From Tannockella kyphosi (GTDB lineage: Bacteria; Bacillota_I; Bacilli_A; Erysipelotrichales; Coprobacillaceae), in the NCBI RefSeq assembly GCF_021054785.1, contig NZ_CP088239.1, forward strand, positions 1,080,001-1,112,000: DNA of 32,000 nt. Reading direction: 5' to 3'. Shown here piece by piece: positions 26,140 to 32,000 of the stretch (its first letter is position 1; the number at the start of each line of letters is the position of its first letter). The notes beneath the pieces are model-generated. The model did not search any database. It had not been told where the DNA came from and saw only the letters and a program-made list of their open reading frames with translations. The translations under genes and the position numbers were made by a program.

Positions 26140-26162
26140 TGCACTTATAGGAAGGTGAATTT

Positions 26163-27824
26163 ATGACATTAGCAGATATTGATTGGCCATTAATTTTGGC
26201 TGGGTTAGGATTGTTTTTATTTGGTATTGAGTATATGGGAGAAGGTTTAAAGAATTTCTCTGGAGATAAATTAAAAGATATTATTGATAAATATACTTCT
26301 AGTCCAATAAAAGGTATTTTAATTGGAGCATTAGTTACTTGTTTAATACAATCAAGTTCAGGTACTACTGCATTAACTATTGGATTAATTCGTTCAGGAT
26401 TAATGACATTAACTCAAGGTGTTGGTATTATTATGGGGGCCAATATAGGTACTACTATTACTGCCTTTTTAATTGGGTTAGATATTGCAGAATATTCTGT
26501 ATACTTTATTTCAGCAGGAGCTTGTTTATTATTATTCTTTAGTTCTAAGAAGATGAAATATTTAGGACAAATTCTATTTGGGTTTGGTTGTTTATTTTAT
26601 GGTTTAGAATTAATGGGTGATAATCTAAAGATTATTTCTCAAGTAGAAGAATTTCAAGCAGCAACTGTATATTTAGCACAAAATCCTTTATTAGGATTAG
26701 TTGGCGGGATTGTTTTAACAATGATAATTCAATCATCAAGTGCTGTTATTGCTATTGTGCAACAAATGTATGGTGTTGGTGCTATTACATTAGGAATTGC
26801 ATTACCATTTACATTTGGTAGTAATATTGGTACTACTATTACAGCTATATTAGCATCCTTTGGTGGATCAGTCCCTTCAAAAAGAGCTGCAGCTTTCCAT
26901 ACATTATTCAATGTTTTAGGAACTGTATTCTTTATGTTACTACTTATTCCATTCCAATCCATGATTGAATATATAAATGGTTTACTCAACCTGACCCCGG
27001 AAATGGAATTAGCGTTAGCTCATGGTATATTTAATGTATCTACTACTATCTTATTATTCCCATTTATTGGAAAAATGGTTACACTTGTAAAGAAAATTAT
27101 TCCTAGCAATGCTCAAGAATATGAAATGGACTTAAGTGAATTAGATCCTCACGTTGTTCAAATATTCCCTAGCCATGCTTTAGAAATAGCGAAAACAAAA
27201 ACAGTTGAAATGGGTAAAGTTACTAAAGATTGTGTACTAAGTACTAAAAAATACTTTGTAGCTAAATCAAATAATGATCGCTCTTATGCATTAGAAATGG
27301 AAAATGCGATTAACTTATTAGATGATCGTATTACTCATTACTTAGTATTAATTAGCTCTGAAACATTAAATGATTCTGATGCTTTAACTTATTTATCAAA
27401 TATGAAAGCAATCAAAGATTTAGAACGTATTGGTGACTTAAGTATGAATATCTTAAAATATTTTGAAGCTGTATTTGATGAAAGAGATGATTTCTCACCA
27501 GAAGCAAGAGAAGATGTTATAAGAATGTTAGATATGGTTTTAGTAATGTTAGAAAAAACAATGATAGCATTTGAAAATAGTGATTCTAAGGTTCGTGATG
27601 AAGTCGATGAATTAGAAAATGAATTAGATTACTTAACAAAAAAAGCAAAACAAAGACATATTCAACGTGTTATTACTAAAGTTGAAAAATCACCTTTAGT
27701 AAACTCTACTTATGTTGATATTATCTCTAATTTAGAAAGAATGGGAGATCATTGTCAAAACATTGCTGAATATTATAGTTCAACTGATGAAATAGTTCAT
27801 CATCCTGAAATTCAAGCACAATAA
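26163..27824 (+). CDS. Na+/phosphate cotransporter family protein with C-terminal PhoU-like domain
   Basis: 553 aa. N-terminal duplicated membrane repeats with QSSSGTT and QSSSAV motifs. The C-terminal soluble part has the ..ERIGD.. and ..ERMGDH.. motifs typical of PhoU-like repeats. Confidence 0.9.
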   Translation: MTLADIDWPLILAGLGLFLFGIEYMGEGLKNFSGDKLKDIIDKYTSSPIKGILIGALVTCLIQSSSGTTALTIGLIRSGLMTLTQGVGIIMGANIGTTITAFLIGLDIAEYSVYFISAGACLLLFFSSKKMKYLGQILFGFGCLFYGLELMGDNLKIISQVEEFQAATVYLAQNPLLGLVGGIVLTMIIQSSSAVIAIVQQMYGVGAITLGIALPFTFGSNIGTTITAILASFGGSVPSKRAAAFHTLFNVLGTVFFMLLLIPFQSMIEYINGLLNLTPEMELALAHGIFNVSTTILLFPFIGKMVTLVKKIIPSNAQEYEMDLSELDPHVVQIFPSHALEIAKTKTVEMGKVTKDCVLSTKKYFVAKSNNDRSYALEMENAINLLDDRITHYLVLISSETLNDSDALTYLSNMKAIKDLERIGDLSMNILKYFEAVFDERDDFSPEAREDVIRMLDMVLVMLEKTMIAFENSDSKVRDEVDELENELDYLTKKAKQRHIQRVITKVEKSPLVNSTYVDIISNLERMGDHCQNIAEYYSSTDEIVHHPEIQAQ

Positions 27825-27834
27825 ATAATAAATA

Positions 27835-27876
27835 CCACATATTCTTCTTAAGAAGAATATGTGGTTTCTTTTTTTT
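27835..27876 (+). terminator. Rho-independent terminator after the Na/Pi cotransporter gene
   Basis: CCACATATTCTTCTT / AAGAAGAATATGTGG perfect stem (27835-27864), followed by TTTCTTTTTTTT. Confidence 0.85.
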
Positions 27877-27898
27877 AAAGGAACTTCTCTGTTATTTA

Positions 27899-27907
27899 TG
27901 CTATAAT
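27899..27907 (+). promoter_or_regulatory. Candidate extended -10 promoter (TGCTATAAT)
   Basis: TGcTATAAT lies 19 nt upstream of the ATG at 27926, with AAGGAG RBS in between. Confidence 0.4.
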
Positions 27908-27925
27908 ACTAAAAAAGGAGATCCT

Positions 27926-29005
27926 ATGAAATTAATATATACAAGTTATGATCAAAGTTTAAAAGAAGTATTACAAGAAAAAATAAATAAGTTAAATGAA
28001 CAAGGATATGAATGTCATGCTTTTTATCCTATTAGTTTATTTAAGAAAAAAGAAAATCCTAAACATAGCCATATAGCTTTCTTTATCCCTCAAGAAAAAA
28101 GAAAAAGATTAAAACAAATTGAACGAGGAGAATGGATCAATAATTTACATGATCTAGGTTATCAGTATGTGGGACATACTGGAAATATGTTTGTTTTTAA
28201 TAGTGATTCTAATAAAGCAATTATTCAAGATAATGATAGAATAGAAGATTATTTTAAAGTACAACGTATTTTTACTTTATCTATGAAATTAGTTTTAGGA
28301 TTATTTCTTGGATATTATTTTATGAATACATTATTTGAATTTGATTCTTTATTAGATTATTCTAATAATGGAAGAATTCTTTCTACTGTTTTACCAAGTT
28401 TTGTTGCTATTATGTTTATCATTCATGTTTTTAGTTGTTTTAGTTCTACTGTTTGTTTTGTAAATAAAAAAACTTTAAAGCCAACTTTAGGAACTATTTA
28501 TTTTATAAAAGGAGTCCTTACTATTAGTATAGTTGCTTGTTTAGCTTCTTTTGTATTAGATACGATTGAATATAACCTGCCCTATTCAAAAGAGTTACCA
28601 ATCATCACTCTAGAGGATTTTGGATATACGACAGACATAGATAGTCAAACTTATCATCAAGCTAGTAGTTTGTTATTAAATGATAGTTATCAATCTTTAC
28701 AAATGACTAGTGACTTTTCTTATGAAGATGAAGTGATGACAGGTGATTTGATTAGCGTGAATTATTATAAAGATTATAATGCTACTTTAGTTGAAGCTTA
28801 TTTTACAAAAATACAGCTTGATCCAAGTACAAAAAATGTAACTGATATTGTATTAGATGATACTTATCCTATTTATTGTTGTTATAATAGTGAAGGTATT
28901 GTTGATTTAGTTATTGTTTATAGTGATAGTGTTTATATAGAAATTGCATCTTCTTTTGATTTAAGTAGTTATTTAGATATCATTGCTACTGTTTATTTAC
29001 AATAG
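27926..29005 (+). CDS. Hypothetical membrane protein (family not recognised with confidence; N-terminus loosely DUF2812-like)
   Basis: 359 aa with RBS AAGGAG. Soluble N-terminal ~110 aa, then about 3-4 TM segments (e.g. LVLGLFLGYYFMNTLF, LPSFVAIMFIIHVFSCF, VLTISIVACLASFVL) and a soluble C-terminal domain. Confidence 0.6.
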   Translation: MKLIYTSYDQSLKEVLQEKINKLNEQGYECHAFYPISLFKKKENPKHSHIAFFIPQEKRKRLKQIERGEWINNLHDLGYQYVGHTGNMFVFNSDSNKAIIQDNDRIEDYFKVQRIFTLSMKLVLGLFLGYYFMNTLFEFDSLLDYSNNGRILSTVLPSFVAIMFIIHVFSCFSSTVCFVNKKTLKPTLGTIYFIKGVLTISIVACLASFVLDTIEYNLPYSKELPIITLEDFGYTTDIDSQTYHQASSLLLNDSYQSLQMTSDFSYEDEVMTGDLISVNYYKDYNATLVEAYFTKIQLDPSTKNVTDIVLDDTYPIYCCYNSEGIVDLVIVYSDSVYIEIASSFDLSSYLDIIATVYLQ

Positions 29006-29023
29006 TTGAAGAGTAATTAAAAA

Positions 29024-29054
29024 AGAGATTGTTGCTTTTAAAAGCAACATCTCT
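29024..29054. terminator. Bidirectional terminator between convergent genes
   Basis: AGAGATTGTTGCTTTT / AAAAGCAACATCTCT near-perfect hairpin, with an A-run on one side and a T-run on the other. Confidence 0.75.
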
Positions 29055-29058
29055 TTTG

Positions 29059-30135
29059 TTATTTAGCCCAAGGCATGGTAGTTGATTGAACTACTGTGCC
29101 TTTTTCAATGCTTTCTTCCATTAAAAGCATTAAATAAGTATCTTGTAATGCTTCTTGTAATGAATAGAATTCTTTTCCTGTTTTCACATACTCTGCCATA
29201 CCTACAAGCATTCCTGCCATTGCTATTTCATCATCTGATAAACGAGCCTTGTATTTTTCAAAAGGATTTTTATACACGTAGTTACCTTGGAAAGTAAAAC
29301 CTATATGGAAGTATCCTTCTAGATTACCAAAAGTACCAGCATCTACTCTATTCATTTCTTGTGATATAGGTAAGTTATCCTCATTTAAATAATGGATAGT
29401 CGTATTAAAAACTTCTCCTCTAACCCCTCTTAGTGACATTTGTAAATCACGAATGCGATTAAAATATTTTTCAGATCCAAAATCAAAGAAACCTACTTTT
29501 CCATTCTCAAACTCAAATACAGCTTTTTTAGTACAATCTTGAACAATATCACCATCTTGACTAGCACCAGCTCTACCATGAGTATACGTGACAGGAAAAT
29601 GAAATTCTTTCCCTGATACTTTGAAATTCTCATACCCTATCCCTAAAAGTTTACGCATCACAGAAGTCCCATGATAACCATGCATCGCTCCAATCGTACA
29701 ATCAGTAATATCACCTAATAATCCACTATTAGCAACGCTAATAAGCGTACTGTGATAAGGTTGTAAGAAATATTGTTCTGCTACTTGAATTCTTGCATTA
29801 TATTTTTCTTTTAGCTCCCACATAGCGTGAAGATCTTCCATTGTTTTTCCAGGTGATGTTTCTATTAATACGGGAATATTTCTTTCAAATATTTCCTGAC
29901 ACCATTCCACCATAATTCCTTTAGGAAGCAAACAAAAGATAAAATCAACATCTAATTGAAAGAATGCTTCTTTATTAGTAAATGTAGGAAATCTATTTGA
30001 TAAATCTTTTGCTTTTTTGTCATTTCGAAGTAACATCCCTTTTATTTCAAAGACTTCATTTAAATGTTCTATAATTTGAACATAATTCATTGTCCGCCAG
30101 CCATTACCTATAATACCAATTTTAATTTTTTCCAT
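29059..30135 (-). CDS. Gfo/Idh/MocA-family NAD(P)-dependent oxidoreductase
   Basis: The N-terminal MEKIKIGIIGNGW Rossmann motif and ~360-aa size fit this family. Start set to the ATG at 30135, preceded by GAGGGTGG. Confidence 0.7.
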   Translation of the reverse strand: MEKIKIGIIGNGWRTMNYVQIIEHLNEVFEIKGMLLRNDKKAKDLSNRFPTFTNKEAFFQLDVDFIFCLLPKGIMVEWCQEIFERNIPVLIETSPGKTMEDLHAMWELKEKYNARIQVAEQYFLQPYHSTLISVANSGLLGDITDCTIGAMHGYHGTSVMRKLLGIGYENFKVSGKEFHFPVTYTHGRAGASQDGDIVQDCTKKAVFEFENGKVGFFDFGSEKYFNRIRDLQMSLRGVRGEVFNTTIHYLNEDNLPISQEMNRVDAGTFGNLEGYFHIGFTFQGNYVYKNPFEKYKARLSDDEIAMAGMLVGMAEYVKTGKEFYSLQEALQDTYLMLLMEESIEKGTVVQSTTMPWAK

Positions 30136-30191
30136 TTTTATAACCACCCTCTTTGATTTACCTACTACATCATTTCTATCAGTTCATCATC

Positions 30192-30728
30192 TTAATAAAA
30201 TTTAACAATATCACTAACTGCTTTTCGATTAGGTTTATCTGGTGTTTCTAATGCATAACCTACTGCAATAACAGAAACTATTAGTTCTTGACTTGGAATA
30301 TCTAACAATGATCTAGTTTTTGGTTCATCACGAATACCCATTACTAATGTTGATAACCCTAAATCATGGGCTTTTAGTAATAAGTTTTGATTTTGTAACC
30401 CTAAATCATAACATCCCCATCCATTCCCTAATTCATTACTAGGTGTTCCATCACGTTCAAATCCAGCTCTTTTTTCAACAAAAGTAGTAACAATAAGAGC
30501 TCCCACTCCTTTAGTATTACCGGCATTGTATTCTCCAAAACAATCATTACGATATTTATCAATCATTTCTTTACTATGAATAATATAATATCTACCAGTT
30601 TGGCTATTTTTCCAAGAAGGTGCTAAATTAGCAGCTTCTACTAAAGCTTCTAAATCCTCTTTTAACACTTCTTTTCCACAATACTTACGAACAGTACGTC
30701 TTTGAACTATAACATCCTTTAATTCCAT
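30192..30728 (-). CDS. Nitroreductase-family (FMN-dependent) protein
   Basis: 178 aa. ..RRTVRKY..L..LVEAANLAPSWKNSQ.. is the typical nitroreductase N-terminal signature. RBS GAGGGAGA. Confidence 0.8.
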   Translation of the reverse strand: MELKDVIVQRRTVRKYCGKEVLKEDLEALVEAANLAPSWKNSQTGRYYIIHSKEMIDKYRNDCFGEYNAGNTKGVGALIVTTFVEKRAGFERDGTPSNELGNGWGCYDLGLQNQNLLLKAHDLGLSTLVMGIRDEPKTRSLLDIPSQELIVSVIAVGYALETPDKPNRKAVSDIVKFY

Positions 30729-30747
30729 TTTTTCTCCCTCATTTCAT

Positions 30748-32000
30748 TTATTTTTTAATCATATAATAAACACTTGGTATTGCTCCTGAAACACACCCAG
30801 CTTGTTGATACTCATACAAAGGTGCTTCTACATCATGTGTCCCGGCAATATCAAAATGCATCCAAGGCACACTACTTGCAAAATGTTCAATAAATAAGCC
30901 TGCTGTCACTACTCCACAAGACTTACCTCCTAAATTCTTTAAATCAGCCATCTTACTTTCAATCATTTTATAATGTTCTTTATAATAAGGCATCGAAATA
31001 AACTTCTCTTGTGTAAATTCATAAGCTGATTTCAAATCTTCCCATAAGCAATCATTGTTGGTAAGAATTGGAGTAATAGTATGTCCAAAAGCAGCAACTG
31101 CTGCTCCAGTTAAAGTAGCCATATCAATAACTCCTGCTACTTTTTTATCATTAATTGCATAACTAACAGCATCCGCTAATATCAATCTACCTTCTGCATC
31201 CGTATTTAATACTTCTACTGTAGTACCATCATACATAGAAATAATATCACCAGGTAAAATAGAACTATCAGAAATACGATTCTCACATAAAGGCATTATT
31301 GCTACTAAGTTTCTTTGTACTTTTTGTTCAATAGCTGATTTAATAACAGCTAAAACACTAGCAGCTCCACCCATATCTGATTTCATACCAACCATTGAAG
31401 CACTAGGTTTCAAACTATATCCACCAGTATCAAAAGTAACTCCTTTTCCTACTAAACCAAAAACAGCTTGATTTTCTAATGGCGTATAGTTAATAACTAA
31501 CATACATGGACGATTTGCACTACCTTTACCTACTCCATATAATCCACCCATACCTTTTTGAACAATCTCTTCTTCTAAAATTACATCAATACTCACATTT
31601 GCTTGTCCTTCTAATGCTTTTGTTGCAACATCTACAAATATTTGTGGTGTCATATTACATGCTGGTGCATTTGATAACATTTTTGCAAAATTCATATTAC
31701 TAGCAACAATCAGATATTCTTCAAATGCTTCTTTTTTACTATCTGTTATTAACGTAATCTCTATATTCACTTCATCTTTTTCTTTTAACTTATAACTAGC
31801 CAAAACCAACCCCATTACAATTGCATAATATTGATTAGAACTAAAATTTAGAATATTAATCGAAACAGCATCTAACTTCATTGCTTCTACTGTTTTATAA
31901 ATTCTAGCAAATAATTCCATTAACTCTTCATTATCATAACTTTCTTTTCCTGCAAAAGAAATTGTTTTCGTCTTAGCATCATAAACATGAGACTTAAATC
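30748..32000 (-). CDS. pepA: M17-family leucyl aminopeptidase; N-terminus probably beyond the window end
   Basis: Signature NTDAEGRL (..VLNTDAEGRLILADA..), plus VGKGVTFDTGG and MKSDMGGAA metal and active-site motifs. The frame stays open upstream of the ATG at 31920 to position 32000 (..FKSHVYDAKTKTISFAGKESYDNEEL-MELF..). Confidence 0.85.
   Translation of the reverse strand, partial: FKSHVYDAKTKTISFAGKESYDNEELMELFARIYKTVEAMKLDAVSINILNFSSNQYYAIVMGLVLASYKLKEKDEVNIEITLITDSKKEAFEEYLIVASNMNFAKMLSNAPACNMTPQIFVDVATKALEGQANVSIDVILEEEIVQKGMGGLYGVGKGSANRPCMLVINYTPLENQAVFGLVGKGVTFDTGGYSLKPSASMVGMKSDMGGAASVLAVIKSAIEQKVQRNLVAIMPLCENRISDSSILPGDIISMYDGTTVEVLNTDAEGRLILADAVSYAINDKKVAGVIDMATLTGAAVAAFGHTITPILTNNDCLWEDLKSAYEFTQEKFISMPYYKEHYKMIESKMADLKNLGGKSCGVVTAGLFIEHFASSVPWMHFDIAGTHDVEAPLYEYQQAGCVSGAIPSVYYMIKK

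Noticed and set aside
1-32000. tRNA, rRNA, riboswitch or known EPS-associated RNA elements
   Set aside because: No region shows cloverleaf-type nested stems, rRNA-like conserved sequence or a riboswitch core that I recognise. This cannot be excluded without covariance-model scanning.

Overview
AT-rich (roughly 30% GC by eye) chromosomal segment of a low-GC Gram-positive (Bacillota-like) bacterium. Its core, about 2.8-24.8 kb and almost all on the minus strand, is a Wzx/Wzy-dependent capsule/exopolysaccharide locus. It contains a Wzz-like modulator and a BY-tyrosine kinase, a complete GDP-L-fucose supply operon (phospho-sugar mutase, manC, fcl, gmd) and a divergent AraC-family regulator. It also contains a Wzx flippase, a Wzy polymerase, six intact glycosyltransferases (three GT4, two GT2, one GT10 alpha-1,3/4-fucosyltransferase) and two hexapeptide O-acetyltransferases. 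The locus looks like a recombination mosaic. It holds a decayed, internally deleted second copy of the araC gene with its promoter and terminator, a frameshifted GT4 pseudogene, an N-terminally truncated GT4 and a decayed acetyltransferase. A 5' fragment of the flanking ABC-exporter gene is repeated at the far end of the locus, next to a tandem scar that copies the start of one GT4 gene. I found no priming phosphoglycosyl transferase, CpsA/LytR protein or CpsB phosphatase, and no transposase, integrase, CRISPR array, tRNA or rRNA. The flanks are housekeeping-type genes: HAD hydrolase, PepSY lipoprotein and ABC exporter on the left; Na/Pi cotransporter, membrane protein, Gfo/Idh/MocA oxidoreductase, nitroreductase and M17 aminopeptidase on the right. 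All similarity statements come from by-eye alignment and motif recognition. Nothing was computed or searched.
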